NCBI GenBank assembly: GCA_964016885.1 | Contig: OZ024758.1 | Coordinates: 39,618,001-39,682,000, forward strand | DNA from: Eledone cirrhosa | Taxonomy: Eukaryota | Reading direction: 5' to 3' | DNA length: 64,000 bases | Shown here: piece by piece, positions 15,001 through 30,834 of the stretch | Numbering within the stretch: position 1 is the stretch's first letter | Layout: each line of letters opens with the position of its first letter | Notes under the pieces: model-generated | What the model saw: the letters and a program-made list of their open reading frames with translations, nothing else | What the model was told of the DNA's origin: nothing | The model's database searches: none | Position numbers and translations under genes: made by a program

Positions 15001-18000
15001 TGACAAACTAATACCATGAACTTAAATGAATTCTCACCAACATTGGAGTTACTTCTGACAGCTAGTACCATGAACTTAAATGAATTCTCACCAACAGTGG
15101 GGTTACTTCTGACAGCTAGTACCATGAACTTAAATGAATTCTCACCAACATTGGAGTTACTTCTGACAGCTAGTACCATGAACTTAAATGAATTCTCACC
15201 AACAGTGGAGTTACTTCTGACAGCTAATACCATGAACTTAAATGAATTCTCACCAACAGTGGAGTTCCTTCTGACAGCTAATACCATGAACTTAAATGAA
15301 TTCTCACCAACATTGGAGTTACTTCTGACAGCTAGTACCATGACTTAAATGAATTCTCACCAACATTGGAGTTACTTCTGACAGCTAATACCAAGAATTA
15401 AATGAATCCTCACCAACAGTGGAGTTACTTCTGACAGCTAGTACCATGAACTTAAATGAATTCTCACCAACAGTGGAGTTACTTCTGACAGCTAATACCA
15501 TGAACTTAAATGAATTCTCACCAACAGTGGAGTTACTTCTGACAGCTAGTACCATGAACTTAAATGAATTCTCACCAACTTTGGAGTTACTTCTGACAAC
15601 TAATACCATGACTTAAATGAATTCTCACCAACAGTGGAGTTACTTCTGACAAACTAATACCATAAACTTAAATGAATTCTCACCAACAGTGGAGTTACTT
15701 CTGACAGCTAATACCATGAACTTAAATGAATTCTCACCAACAGTAGAGTTCCTTCTGACAGCTCATACCATGAACTTAAATGAATTCTCACCAACATTGG
15801 AGTTATTTCTGACAGCTAATACCATGACTTAAATGAATTCTCACCAACAGTGGAGTTACTTCTGACAAACTAATACCATGAACTTAAATGAATGACCACC
15901 AACAGTGGAGTTACTTCTGACAGCTAGTACCATGAACTTAAATGAATTCTCACCAACAGTGGAGTTACTTCTGACAGCTAGTACCATGACTTAAATGAAT
16001 TCTCACCAACAATGGAGTTACTTCTGACAGCTAATACCATGACTTAAATGAATTCTCACCAACAGTGGAGTTACTTCTGACAGCTAATACCATGAACTTA
16101 AATGAATTCTCACCAACAGTGGAGTTACTTCTGACAGCTAGTACCATGAACTTAAATGAATTCTCACCAACATTGGAGTTACTTCTGACAACTAATACCA
16201 TGACTTAAATGAATTCTCACCAACAGTGGAGTTACTTCTGACAACTAGTACCATGAACTTAAATGAATTCTCACCAACAGTGGAGTTACTTCTGACAGCT
16301 AATACCATGAACTTGAATGAATTCTCACCAACAGTGGAGTTCCTTCTGACAGCTAATACCATGAACTTAAATGAATTCTCACCAACATTGGAGTTACTTC
16401 TGACAGCTAGTACCATGAACCTAAATGAATTCTCACCAACAGTGGAGTTACTTCTGACAGCTAGTACCATGAACTTAAATGAATTCTCACCAACAGTGGA
16501 GTTACTTCTGACAGCTAGTACCATGAACTTACATGAATTCTCAGAAACAGTGGAGTTACTTCTGACAGCTAGTACCATGAACTTAAATGAATTCTCACCA
16601 ACATTGGAGTTACTTCTGACAACTAATACCATGATTTAAATGAATTCTCACCAACAGTGGAGTTACTTCTGACAGCTAGTACCATGAACTTAAATGAATT
16701 CTCACCAACAGTGGAGTTACTTCTGACAGCTAATACCATGAACTTAAATGAATTCTAACCAACAGTGGAGTTCCTTCTGACAGCTAATACCATGAACTTA
16801 AATGAATTCTCACCAACAGTGGAGTTACTTCTGACAGCTAGTACCATGAACTTAAATGAATTCTCACCAACAGTGGAGTTACTTCTGACAGCTAGTACCA
16901 TGACTTAAATGAATTCTCACCAACAATGGAGTTACTTCTGACAGCTAATACCATGACTTAAATGAATTCTCACCAACAGTGGAGTTACTTCTGACAGCTA
17001 ATACCATGAACTTAAATGAATTCTCACCAACAGTGGAGTTACTTCTGACAGCTAATACCATGAACTTAAATGAATTCTCACCAACAGTGGAGTTACTTCT
17101 GACAGCTAATACCATGAACTTAAATGAATTCTCACCAACATTGGAGTTACTTCTGACAACTAATACCATGACTTAAATGAATTCTCACCAACAGTGGAGT
17201 TACTTCTGACAGCTAGTACCATGAACTTAAATGAATTCTCACCAACATTGGAGTTACTTCTGACAACTAATACCATGACTTAAATGAATTCTCACCAACA
17301 GTGGAGTTACTTCTGACAACTAATACCATGAACTTAAATGAATTCTCACCAACAGTGGAGTTACTTCTGACAACTAGTACCATGAACTTAAATGAATTCT
17401 CACCAACAGTGGAGTTACTTCTGACAGCTAATACCATGAACTTAAATGAATTCTCACCAACAGTGGAGTTCCTTCTGACAGCTAATACCATGAACTTAAA
17501 TGAATTCTCACCAACAATGGAGTTACTTCTGACAGCTAGTACCATGAACTTAAATGAATTCTCACCAACAGTGGAGTTACTTCTGACAGCTAGTACCATG
17601 AACTTAAATGAATTCTCACCAACAGTGGAGTTACTTCTGACAGCTAGTACCATGAACTTAAATGAATTCTCAGAAACAGTGGAGTTACTTCTGACAACTA
17701 ATACCATGATTTAAATTAATTCTCACCAACAGTGGAGTTACTTCTGACAACTAATACCATGAACTTAACTGAATTCTCACCAACAGTGGAGTTACTTCTG
17801 ACAGCTAGTACCATGAACTTAAATGAATTCTCACCAACAGTGGAGTTACTTCTGACAGCTAGTACCATGAACTTAAATGAATTCTCACCAACAGTGGAGT
17901 TACTTCTGACAGCTAATACCATGAACTTAAATGAATTCTCACCAACAGTGGAGTTCCTTCTGACAGCTAATAGCATGAACTTAACTGAATTCTCACCAAC

Positions 18001-21000
18001 AGTGGAGTTACTTCTGACAGCTAGTACCATGAACTTAACTGAATTCTCACCAACAGTGGAGTTACTTCTGACAGCTAGTACCATGAACTTAAATGAATTC
18101 TCACCAAAAGTGGAGTTACTTCTGACAGCTAATACCATGAACTTAAATGAATTCTAACCAACAGTGGAGTTCCTTCTGACAGCTAATACCATGAACTTAA
18201 ATGAATTCTCACCAACACTGGAGTTACTTCTGACAGCTAGTACCATGACTTAAATGAATTCTCACCAACATTGGAGTTACTTCTGACAGCTAATACCATG
18301 ACTTAAATGAATTCTCACCAACAGTGGAGTTACTTCTGACAGCTAGTACCATGAACTTAAATGAATTCTCACCAACAGTGGAGTTACTTCTGACAGCTAA
18401 TACCATGAACTTAAATGAATTCTCACCAACAGTGGAGTTACTTCTGACAGCTAGTACCATGAACTTAAATGAATTCTCACCAACTTTGGAGTTACTTCTG
18501 ACAGCTAATACCATGACTTAAATGAATTCTCACCAACAGTGGAGTTACTTCTGACAAACTAATACCATGAACTTAAATGAATTCTCACCAACAGTGGAGT
18601 TACTTCTGACAGCTAGTACCATGAACTTAAATGAATTCTCACCAACAGTGGAGTTACTTCTGACAGCTAGTACCATGAACTTAAATGAATTCTCACCAAC
18701 AGTGGAGTTACTTCTGACAGCTAATACCATGAACTTAAATGAATTCTCACCAACAGTGGAGTTACTTCTGACAGCTAATACCATGAACTTAAATGAATTC
18801 TCACCAACAGTGGAGTTACTTCTGACAGCTAATACCATGAACTTAAATGAATTCTCACCAACATTGGAGTTACTTCTGACAACAATACCATGACTTAAAT
18901 GAATTCTCACCAACAGTGGAGTTACTTCTGACAGCTAGTACCATGAACTTAAATGAATTCTCACCAACATTGGAGTTACTTCTGACAACTAATACCATGA
19001 CTTAAATGAATTCTCACCAACAGTGGAGTTACTTCTGACAACTAATACCATGAACTTAAATGAATTCTCACCAACAGTGGAGTTACTTCTGACAACTAGT
19101 ACCATGAACTTAAATGAATTCTCACCAACAGTGGAGTTACTTCTGACAGCTAATACCATGAACTTAAATGAATTCTCACCAACAGTGGAGTTCCTTCTGA
19201 CAGCTAATACCATGAACTTAAATGAATTCTCACCAACAATGGAGTTACTTCTGACAGCTAGTACCATGAACTTAAATGAATTCTCACCAACAGTGGAGTT
19301 ACTTCTGACAGCTAGTACCATGAACTTAAATGAATTCTCACCAACAGTGGAGTTACTTCTGACAGCTAGTACCATGAACTTAAATGAATTCTCAGAAACA
19401 GTGGAGTTACTTCTGACAGCTAGTACCATGAACTTAAATGAATTCTCACCAACATTGGAGTTACTTCTGACAACTAATACCATGATTTAAATTAATTCTC
19501 ACCAACAGTGGAGTTACTTCTGACAACTAATACCATGAACTTAACTGAATTCTCACCAACAGTGGAGTTACTTCTGACAGCTAGTACCATGAACTTAAAT
19601 GAATTCTCACCAACAGTGGAGTTACTTCTGACAGCTAGTACCATGAACTTAAATGAATTCTCACCAACAGTGGAGTTACTTCTGACAGCTAATACCATGA
19701 ACTTAAATGAATTCTCACCAACAGTGGAGTTCCTTCTGACAGCTAATAGCATGAACTTAACTGAATTCTCACCAACAGTGGAGTTACTTCTGACAGCTAG
19801 TACCATGAACTTAACTGAATTCTCACCAACAGTGGAGTTACTTCTGACAGCTAGTACCATGAACTTAAATGAATTCTCACCAACAGTGGAGTTACTTCTG
19901 ACAGCTAATACCATGAACTTAAATGAATTCTAACCAACAGTGGAGTTCCTTCTGACAGCTAATACCATGAACTTAAATGAATTCTCACCAACATTGGAGT
20001 TACTTCTGACAGCTAGTACCATGACTTAAATGAATTCTCACCAACATTGGAGTTACTTCTGACAGCTAATACCATGACTTAAATGAATTCTCACCAACAG
20101 TGGAGTTACTTCTGACAGCTAGTACCATGAACTTAAATGAATTCTCACCAACAGTGGAGTTACTTCTGACAGCTAATACCATGAACTTAAATGAATTCTC
20201 ACCAACAGTGGAGTTACTTCTGACAGCTAGTACCATGAACTTAAATGAATTCTCACCAACATTGGAGTTACTTCTGACAGCTAATACCATGACTTAAATG
20301 AATTCTCACCAACAGTGGAGTTACTTCTGACAAACTAATACCATGAACTTAAATGAATTCTCACCAACATTGGAGTTACTTCTGACAGCTAGTACCATGA
20401 ACTTAAATGAATTCTCACCAACAGTGGGGTTACTTCTGACAGCTAGTACCATGAACTTAAATGAATTCTCACCAACATTGGAGTTACTTCTGACAGCTAG
20501 TACCATGAACTTAAATGAATTCTCACCAACAGTGGAGTTACTTCTGACAGCTAATACCATGAACTTAAATGAATTCTCACCAACAGTGGAGTTCCTTCTG
20601 ACAGCTAATACCATGAACTTAAATGAATTCTCACCAACATTGGAGTTACTTCTGACAGCTAGTACCATGACTTAAATGAATTCTCACCAACATTGGAGTT
20701 ACTTCTGACAGCTAATACCAAGAATTAAATGAATCCTCACCAACAGTGGAGTTACTTCTGACAGCTAGTACCATGAACTTAAATGAATTCTCACCAACAG
20801 TGGAGTTACTTCTGACAGCTAATACCATGAACTTAAATGAATTCTCACCAACAGTGGAGTTACTTCTGACAGCTAGTACCATGAACTTAAATGAATTCTC
20901 ACCAACTTTGGAGTTACTTCTGACAACTAATACCATGACTTAAATGAATTCTCACCAACAGTGGAGTTACTTCTGACAAACTAATACCATAAACTTAAAT

Positions 21001-24000
21001 GAATTCTCACCAACAGTGGAGTTACTTCTGACAGCTAATACCATGAACTTAAATGAATTCTCACCAACAGTAGAGTTCCTTCTGACAGCTCATACCATGA
21101 ACTTAAATGAATTCTCACCAACATTGGAGTTATTTCTGACAGCTAATACCATGACTTAAATGAATTCTCACCAACAGTGGAGTTACTTCTGACAAACTAA
21201 TACCATGAACTTAAATGAATGACCACCAACAGTGGAGTTACTTCTGACAGCTAGTACCATGAACTTAAATGAATTCTCACCAACAGTGGAGTTACTTCTG
21301 ACAGCTAGTACCATGACTTAAATGAATTCTCACCAACAATGGAGTTACTTCTGACAGCTAATACCATGACTTAAATGAATTCTCACCAACAGTGGAGTTA
21401 CTTCTGACAGCTAATACCATGAACTTAAATGAATTCTCACCAACAGTGGAGTTACTTCTGACAGCTAGTACCATGAACTTAAATGAATTCTCACCAACAT
21501 TGGAGTTACTTCTGACAACTAATACCATGACTTAAATGAATTCTCACCAACAGTGGAGTTACTTCTGACAACTAGTACCATGAACTTAAATGAATTCTCA
21601 CCAACAGTGGAGTTACTTCTGACAGCTAATACCATGAACTTGAATGAATTCTCACCAACAGTGGAGTTCCTTCTGACAGCTAATACCATGAACTTAAATG
21701 AATTCTCACCAACATTGGAGTTACTTCTGACAGCTAGTACCATGAACCTAAATGAATTCTCACCAACAGTGGAGTTACTTCTGACAGCTAGTACCATGAA
21801 CTTAAATGAATTCTCACCAACAGTGGAGTTACTTCTGACAGCTAGTACCATGAACTTACATGAATTCTCAGAAACAGTGGAGTTACTTCTGACAGCTAGT
21901 ACCATGAACTTAAATGAATTCTCACCAACATTGGAGTTACTTCTGACAACTAATACCATGATTTAAATGAATTCTCACCAACAGTGGAGTTACTTCTGAC
22001 AGCTAGTACCATGAACTTAAATGAATTCTCACCAACAGTGGAGTTACTTCTGACAGCTAATACCATGAACTTAAATGAATTCTAACCAACAGTGGAGTTC
22101 CTTCTGACAGCTAATACCATGAACTTAAATGAATTCTCACCAACATTGGAAATACTTCTGACAGCTAGTACCATGACTTAAATGAATTCTCACCAACATT
22201 GGAGTTACTTCTGACAGCTAATACCATGACTTATATGAATTCTCACCAACAGTGGAGTTACTTCTGACAGCTAGTACCATGAACTTAAATGAATTCTCAC
22301 CAACAGTGGAGTTACTTCTGACAGCTAATACCATGAACTTAAATGAATTCTCACCAACAGTAGAGTTCCTTCTGACAGCTCATACCATGAACTTAAATGA
22401 ATTCTCACCAACATTGGAGTTACTTCTGACAGCTAATACCATGACTTAAATGAATTCTCACCAACAGTGGAGTTACTTCTGACAAACTAATACCATGAAC
22501 TTAAATGAATTCTCACCAACAGTGGAGTTACTTCTGACAGCTAGTACCATGAACTTAAATGAATTCTCACCAACAGTGGAGTTACTTCTGACAGCTAGTA
22601 CCATGACTTAAATGAAATCTCACCAACAATGGAGTTACTTCTGACAGCTAATACCATGACTTAAATGAATTCTCACCAACAGTGGAGTTACTTCTGACAG
22701 CTAATACCATGAACTTAAATGAATTCTCACCAACAGTGGAGTTACTTCTGACAGCTAGTACCATGAACTTAAATGAATTCTCACCAACAGTGGAGTTACT
22801 TCTGACAGCTAGTACCATGAACTTAAATGAATTCTCACCAACAGTGGAGTTACTTCTGACAGCTAGTACCATGAACTTAAATGAATTCTCAGAAACAGTG
22901 GAGTTACTTCTGACAGCTAGTACCATGAACTTAAATGAATTCTCACCAACATTGGAGTTACTTCTGACAACTAATACCATGATTTAAATGAATTCTCACC
23001 AACAGTGGAGTTACTTCTGACAGCTAGTACCATGAACTTAAATGAATTCTCACCAACAGTGGAGTTACTTCTGACAGCTAATACCATGAACTTAAATGAA
23101 TTCTAACCAACAGTGGAGTTCCTTCTGACAGCTAATACCATGAACTTAAATGAATTCTCACCAACATTGGAATTACTTCTGACAGCTAGTACCATGACTT
23201 AAATGAATTCTCACCAACATTGGAGTTACTTCTGACAGCTAATACCATGACTTAAATGAATTCTCACCAACAGTGGAGTTACTTCTGACAGCTAGTACCA
23301 TGAACTTAAATGAATTCTCACCAACAGTGGAGTTACTTCTGACAGCTAATACCATGAACTTAAATGAATTCTCACCAACAGTAGAGTTCCTTCTGACAGC
23401 TCATACCATGAACTTAAATGAATTCTCACCAACAGTGGAGTTACTTCTGACAGCTAATACCATGAACTTAAATGAATTCTCACCAACAGTGGAGTTACTT
23501 CTGACAGCTAGTACCATGAACTTAAATGAATTCTCACCAACATTGGAGTTACTTCTGACAGCTAATACCATGAACTTAAATGAATTCTCACCAACAGTGG
23601 AGTTCCTTCTGACAGCTAATACCATGAACTTAAATGAATTCTCACCAACATTGGAGTTACTTCTGACAGCTAGTACCATGACTTAAATGAATTCTCACCA
23701 ACATTGGAGTTACTTCTGACAGCTAATACCAAGAATTAAATGAATCCTCACCAACAGTGGAGTTACTTCTGACAGCTAGTACCATGAACTTAAATGAATT
23801 CTCACCAACAGTGGAGTTACTTCTGACAGCTAATACCATGAACTTAAATGAATTCTCACCAACAGTGGAGTTACTTCTGACAGCTAGTACCATGAACTTA
23901 AATGAATTCTCACCAACTTTGGAGTTACTTCTGACAACTAATACCATGACTTAAATGAATTCTCACCAACAGTGGAGTTACTTCTGACAAACTAATACCA

Positions 24001-27000
24001 TAAACTTAAATGAATTCTCACCAACAGTGGAGTTACTTCTGACAGCTAATACCATGAACTTAAATGAATTCTCACCAACAGTAGAGTTCCTTCTGACAGC
24101 TCATACCATGAACTTAAATGAATTCTCACCAACATTGGAGTTATTTCTGACAGCTAATACCATGACTTAAATGAATTCTCACCAACAGTGGAGTTACTTC
24201 TGACAAACTAATACCATGAACTTAAATGAATGACCACCAACAGTGGAGTTACTTCTGACAGCTAGTACCATGAACTTAAATGAATTCTCACCAACAGTGG
24301 AGTTACTTCTGACAGCTAGTACCATGACTTAAATGAATTCTCACCAACAATGGAGTTACTTCTGACAGCTAATACCATGACTTAAATGAATTCTCACCAA
24401 CAGTGGAGTTACTTCTGACAGCTAATACCATGAACTTAAATGAATTCTCACCAACAGTGGAGTTACTTCTGACAGCTAGTACCATGAACTTAAATGAATT
24501 CTCACCAACATTGGAGTTACTTCTGACAACTAATACCATGACTTAAATGAATTCTCACCAACAGTGGAGTTACTTCTGACAACTAGTACCATGAACTTAA
24601 ATGAATTCTCACCAACAGTGGAGTTACTTCTGACAGCTAATACCATGAACTTGAATGAATTCTCACCAACAGTGGAGTTCCTTCTGACAGCTAATACCAT
24701 GAACTTAAATGAATTCTCACCAACATTGGAGTTACTTCTGACAGCTAGTACCATGAACCTAAATGAATTCTCACCAACAGTGGAGTTACTTCTGACAGCT
24801 AGTACCATGAACTTAAATGAATTCTCACCAACAGTGGAGTTACTTCTGACAGCTAGTACCATGAACTTACATGAATTCTCAGAAACAGTGGAGTTACTTC
24901 TGACAGCTAGTACCATGAACTTAAATGAATTCTCACCAACATTGGAGTTACTTCTGACAACTAATACCATGATTTAAATGAATTCTCACCAACAGTGGAG
25001 TTACTTCTGACAGCTAGTACCATGAACTTAAATGAATTCTCACCAACAGTGGAGTTACTTCTGACAGCTAATACCATGAACTTAAATGAATTCTAACCAA
25101 CAGTGGAGTTCCTTCTGACAGCTAATACCATGAACTTAAATGAATTCTCACCAACATTGGAAATACTTCTGACAGCTAGTACCATGACTTAAATGAATTC
25201 TCACCAACATTGGAGTTACTTCTGACAGCTAATACCATGACTTATATGAATTCTCACCAACAGTGGAGTTACTTCTGACAGCTAGTACCATGAACTTAAA
25301 TGAATTCTCACCAACAGTGGAGTTACTTCTGACAGCTAATACCATGAACTTAAATGAATTCTCACCAACAGTAGAGTTCCTTCTGACAGCTCATACCATG
25401 AACTTAAATGAATTCTCACCAACATTGGAGTTACTTCTGACAGCTAATACCATGACTTAAATGAATTCTCACCAACAGTGGAGTTACTTCTGACAAACTA
25501 ATACCATGAACTTAAATGAATTCTCACCAACAGTGGAGTTACTTCTGACAGCTAGTACCATGAACTTAAATGAATTCTCACCAACAGTGGAGTTACTTCT
25601 GACAGCTAGTACCATGACTTAAATGAATTCTCACCAACAATGGAGTTACTTCTGACAGCTAATACCATGACTTAAATGAATTCTCACCAACAGTGGAGTT
25701 ACTTCTGACAGCTAATACCATGAACTTAAATGAATTCTCACCAACAGTGGAGTTACTTCTGACAGCTAGTACCATGAACTTAAATGAATTCTCACCAACA
25801 GTGGAGTTACTTCTGACAGCTAGTACCATGAACTTAAATGAATTCTCACCAACAGTGGAGTTACTTCTGACAGCTAGTACCATGAACTTAAATGAATTCT
25901 CAGAAACAGTGGAGTTACTTCTGACAGCTAGTACCATGAACTTAAATGAATTCTCACCAACATTGGAGTTACTTCTGACAACTAATACCATGATTTAAAT
26001 GAATTCTCACCAACAGTGGAGTTACTTCTGACAGCTAGTACCATGAACTTAAATGAATTCTCACCAACAGTGGAGTTACTTCTGACAGCTAATACCATGA
26101 ACTTAAATGAATTCTAACCAACAGTGGAGTTCCTTCTGACAGCTAATACCATGAACTTAAATGAATTCTCACCAACATTGGAATTACTTCTGACAGCTAG
26201 TACCATGACTTAAATGAATTCTCACCAACATTGGAGTTACTTCTGACAGCTAATACCATGACTTAAATGAATTCTCACCAACAGTGGAGTTCCTTCTGAC
26301 AGCTCATACCATGAACTTAAATGAATTCTCACCAACAGTGGAGTTACTTCTGACAGCTAATACCATGAACTTAAATGAATTCTCACCAACATTGGAGTTA
26401 CTTCTGACAGCTAATACCATGACTTAAATGAATTCTCACCAACAGTAGAGTTCCTTCTGACAGCTCATACCATGAACTTAAATGAATTCTCACCAACAGT
26501 GGAGTTACTTCTGACAGCTAATACCATGAACTTAAATGAATTCTCACCAACAGTGGAGTTACTTCTGACAGCTAGTACCATGAACTTAAATGAATTCTCA
26601 CCAACATTGGAGTTACTTCTGACAACTAATACCATGACTTAAATGAATTCTCACCAACAGTGGAGTTACTTCTGACAACTAATACCATGAACTTAAATGA
26701 ATTCTCACCAACAGTGGAGTTACTTCTGACAACTAATACCATGAACTTAAATGAATTCTCACCAACAGTGGAGTTACTTCTGACAGCTAATACCATGAAC
26801 TTAAATGAATTCTCACCAACATTGGAATTACTTCTGACAGCTAGTACCATGACTTAAATGAATTCTCACCAACATTGGAGTTACTTCTGACAGCTAATAC
26901 CATGACTTAAATGAATTCTCACCAACAGTGGAGTTACTTCTGACAGCTAGTACCATGAACTTAAATGAATTCTCACCAACAGTGGAGTTACTTCTGACAG

Positions 27001-28573
27001 CTAATACCATGAACTTAAATGAATTCTCACCAACAGTAGAGTTCCTTCTGACAGCTCATACCATGAACTTAAATGAATTCTCACCAACAGTGGAGTTACT
27101 TCTGACAGCTAATACCATGAACTTAAATGAATTCTCACCAACAGTGGAGTTACTTCTGACAGCTAGTACCATGAAATTAAATGAATTCTCACCAACATTG
27201 GAGTTACTTCTGACAACTAATACCATGACTTAAATGAATTCTCACCAACAGTGGAGTTACTTCTGACAACTAATACCATGAACTTAAATGAATTCTCACC
27301 AACAGTGGAGTTACTTCTGACAACTAATACCATGAACTTAAATGAATTCTCACCAACAGTGGAGTTACTTCTGACAACTAGTACCATGAACTTAAATGAA
27401 TTCTCACCAACAGTGGAGTTACTTCTGACAGCTAATACCATGAACTTGAATGAATTCTCACCAACAGTGGAGTTCCTTCTGACAGCTAACACCATGAACT
27501 TAAATGAATTCTCACCAACATTGGAGTTACTTCTGACAGCTAGTACCATGAACTTAAATGAATTCTCACCAACAGTGGAGTTACTTCTGACAGCTAGTAC
27601 CATGAACTTAAATGAATTCTCACCAACATTGGAGTTACTTCTGACAGCTAATACCATGACTTAAATGAATTCTCACCAACAGTGGAGTTACTTCTGACAA
27701 CTAATACCATGAACTTAAATGAATTCTCACCAACAGTGGAGTTACTTCTGACAAACTAATACCATGAACTTAAATGAATTCTCACCAACAGTGGAGTTAC
27801 TTCTGACAGCTAGTACCATGACTTAAATGAATTCTCACCAACAATGGAGTTACTTCTGACAGCTAATACCATGACTTAAATGAATTCTCACCAACAGTGG
27901 AATTACTTCTGACAGCTAATACCATGAACTTAAATGAATTCTCACCAACAGTGGAGTTACTTCTGACAGCTAGTACCATGAACTTAAATGAATTCTCACC
28001 AACATTGGAGTTACTTCTGACAACTAATACCATGACTTAAATGAATTCTCACCAACAGTGGAGTTACTTTTCTGACAACTAATACCATGAACTTAAATGA
28101 ATTCTCACCAACAGTGGAGTTACTTCTGACAACTAGTACCATGAACTTAAATGAATTCTCACCAACAGTGGAGTTACTTCTGACAGCTAATACCATGAAC
28201 TTAAATGAATTCTCACCAACAGTGGAGTTCCTTCTGACAGCTAATACCATGAACTTAAATGAATTCTCACCAACATTGAAGTTACTTCTGACAGCTAGTA
28301 CCATGAACTTAAATGAATTCTCACCAACAGTGGAGTTACTTCTGACAGCTAGTACCATGAACTTAAATGAATTCTCACCAACAGTGGAGTTACTTCTGAC
28401 AGCTAGTACCATGAACTTAAATGAATTCTCAGAAACAGTGGAGTTACTTCTGACAGCTAGTACCATGAACTTAAATGAATTCTCACCAACATTGGAGTTA
28501 CTTCTGACAACTAATACCATGATTTAAATTAATTCTCACCAACAGTGGAGTTACTTCTGACAACTAATACCAT
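1..28573. repeat. 54-bp tandem satellite array (~530 monomers) with higher-order structure; runs off the left edge of the window
   Basis: Consensus AACTTAAATGAATTCTCACCAACAGTGGAGTTACTTCTGACAGCTAATACCATG with recurrent 53-bp (ATGA-CTT) and 55-bp (GACAAACT) variants. One EcoRI site in nearly every monomer. No spacers or insertions seen. Confidence 0.99.
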
Positions 28574-28732
28574 TAAATAGACGGAGGTAATTTAAATAAT
28601 AAAGACAGTCATGATAATATATTTTATATCACATGTAACAGTGGAATCGGTTAATTACTGGATCGTTGAAGAGTTCACGTAATTCTATAATTTACACACA
28701 TTAATATAGACATTAAGTAAATCTTTGTCAAC

Positions 28733-28778
28733 TGTACATGGCTTGCACTGCTCTCACAAGCCATTCTTCTACACCTAA
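28733..28778 (-). mobile_element. Short RTE-type LINE RT fragment
   Basis: Minus strand reads LGVEEWLVRAVQAMY, matching LGVDEWLVKAVQAMY in the LINE at about 51020-51063. Confidence 0.6.
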
Positions 28779-28943
28779 AAGCGGAAGAGGAGGCGCTCCA
28801 TTTGTGTCAGATTTGGGCCGGGGCAATATTTCCCAATTCCACTTAATTCCATTAAATATTCAATCTTGGTCGAAATAAATATTTTCATCGGTGACGATCT
28901 GTACAACCAATAATAGTAGGAGTCACGTTACATGATATATATA

Positions 28944-29020
28944 CAGGGTGTCCCTAAAATATGTATACACATTTACATAGACTGTAGTTGAAGTGTGTAT
29001 ACATGTTTGGAGAGACCTTG
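28944..29020. mobile_element. Tc1/mariner-type MITE (77 bp)
   Basis: TA|CAGGGTGTCCCTAAAATATGTATACACA ... TGTGTATACATGTTTGGAGAGACCTTG|TA: imperfect TIRs with TA flanks. Confidence 0.7.
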
Positions 29021-29914
29021 TATATATTTTATATATACATATATATGTTAAAAGATGATTGATATATATATATCTACACTCAAATGTATATTTATATATA
29101 TATAAATATATATATATAAATATATGTATATATATATAAAGATATATATACTCTTACGTGTATACGTCTGAAAATGTATATATGTATGTAAACACATACC
29201 TAAACATACATGTATACATATAGATGGACAGTTATACATATACAATAACTTATTTCTATACATATACCACAAGGCATGGAGCTGCCAACTAACCAGACCT
29301 CCCTCATAATGGACCAACTAGATCCCAAAATACAGGCCTGCTAGCCAACACACAGTCCCAATAAGTGTAAACTACAGCGCAGCTATCTGGACAGACTTGT
29401 CTTAAGACTACACATTATCACACTACATCTTTTGTATACTATATATATACTGTGTATATACTGTTTATATATATATACACACACACATATAATTGTGTAT
29501 TCACACATTATCTTAGTAATGAAATAATAATTTTAGTAAATTGTTCAAAATTCTTCATTAACTCTTTTGGTAGAAACCCAGCCAAAATTGGTTCTCCTTC
29601 TATGGAAATGGTTCCTATGTAAATTAAAGTCTTCCAACGAAATTCTATATAACAACCATATGTTAAGTTACTATGTTAGTAATTAACTAACAATTGTGAT
29701 AAATAGCTCATAATTATTCATAATTAATTGAAATACAAGGTTCATAATTATAATAAAATCTTCAAATAGGCTACGAAGCCGGTAAACCTTAAAGGTACGC
29801 AACACACACGTCGCTATAGCGTTTCACCAGCCCCCTCCTTCCTCAATCATTACATAGATGTGTGTGTATGTAATAAATATTTTGTATTGTGTGTCTATTG
29901 ATGAATATGTATGT

Positions 29915-30310
29915 GTAGATGTGTGTGTGTGTAACACAGTAGATGTGTGTGTGTGTGTAACACAGTAGATGTGTCTGTATGTAACACAGTAGATGTGTGT
30001 GTATGTAACACAGTAGATGTGTGTGTATGTAACTCAGCAGATGTGTGTGTATGTAACACAGTACATGTGTGTATGTAACACAGTAGATGTGTATGTAACA
30101 CAGTAGATGTGTATATATAACACAGTAGATGTGTATATATATAACACAGTAGATGTGTGTGTATGTAACACAGTAGATGTGTGTATGTAACAGTATATGT
30201 ATGTGTATGTAACACACTAGATGTGTGTGTATGTAACACAGTAGATCTGTGTGTATGTAATACAGTACATGTATGTATGTAACACAGTAGATGTGTGTGT
30301 ATGTAACTAA
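29915..30310. repeat. Minisatellite, ~20-26-bp unit GTAACACAGTAGATGTGTGTGTAT
   Basis: Visible tandem copies with a variable (GT)n core. Confidence 0.9.
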
Positions 30311-30834
30311 AGTGTAACGTACGTTACGAATGGACAACTAAAAGATTTTAACTTGTTTTTTAACAATTCATGGTGGAAAAAAATTTAAATTGTCTCAATT
30401 CAGACCATAAAGGGCCGCAACACACGGTGTTTGACGCACTTACCGGCTACATAGCCTCGGAGTCTATTTTACTGAGACCGGCTACATATCTTCTTCCTAA
30501 AATCTTCCAACATAATTTTATACAAGAACCACATGTTAAGTTACTAATAAAATAATTAATAATTAAAAACTTCAGTAAATCCTTCAAATGATATCTCAGT
30601 AATGAAATAATTAATAATTGTTATAAATACCTCAAAATTCCTCATTAATTAAACCCAAGACAGGTAAAAACTCCAGAGTCTTTCAATCGGACATGAAACA
30701 AATTAATTTCTAATGGAAGAAGTAAAGATTTTAAAGTCAGCCAAGGGAGATCACTCTCAGCGACTAATGTAATTCTTGTTCCTGAATTAATCCGGATTAA
30801 AATATTCTGGTGTATTTTGTGTGGAGGAAACCGG

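Noticed and set aside
1-28573. CRISPR array or a giant 18-aa repeat protein (MNLNEFSPTVELLLTAST / antisense MVLAVRSNSTVGENSFKF)
   Set aside because: No unique spacers and no cas genes. The ORFs exist because the unit length is a multiple of 3, and they are broken every few units by 53/55-bp variants and stops that are propagated by duplication.
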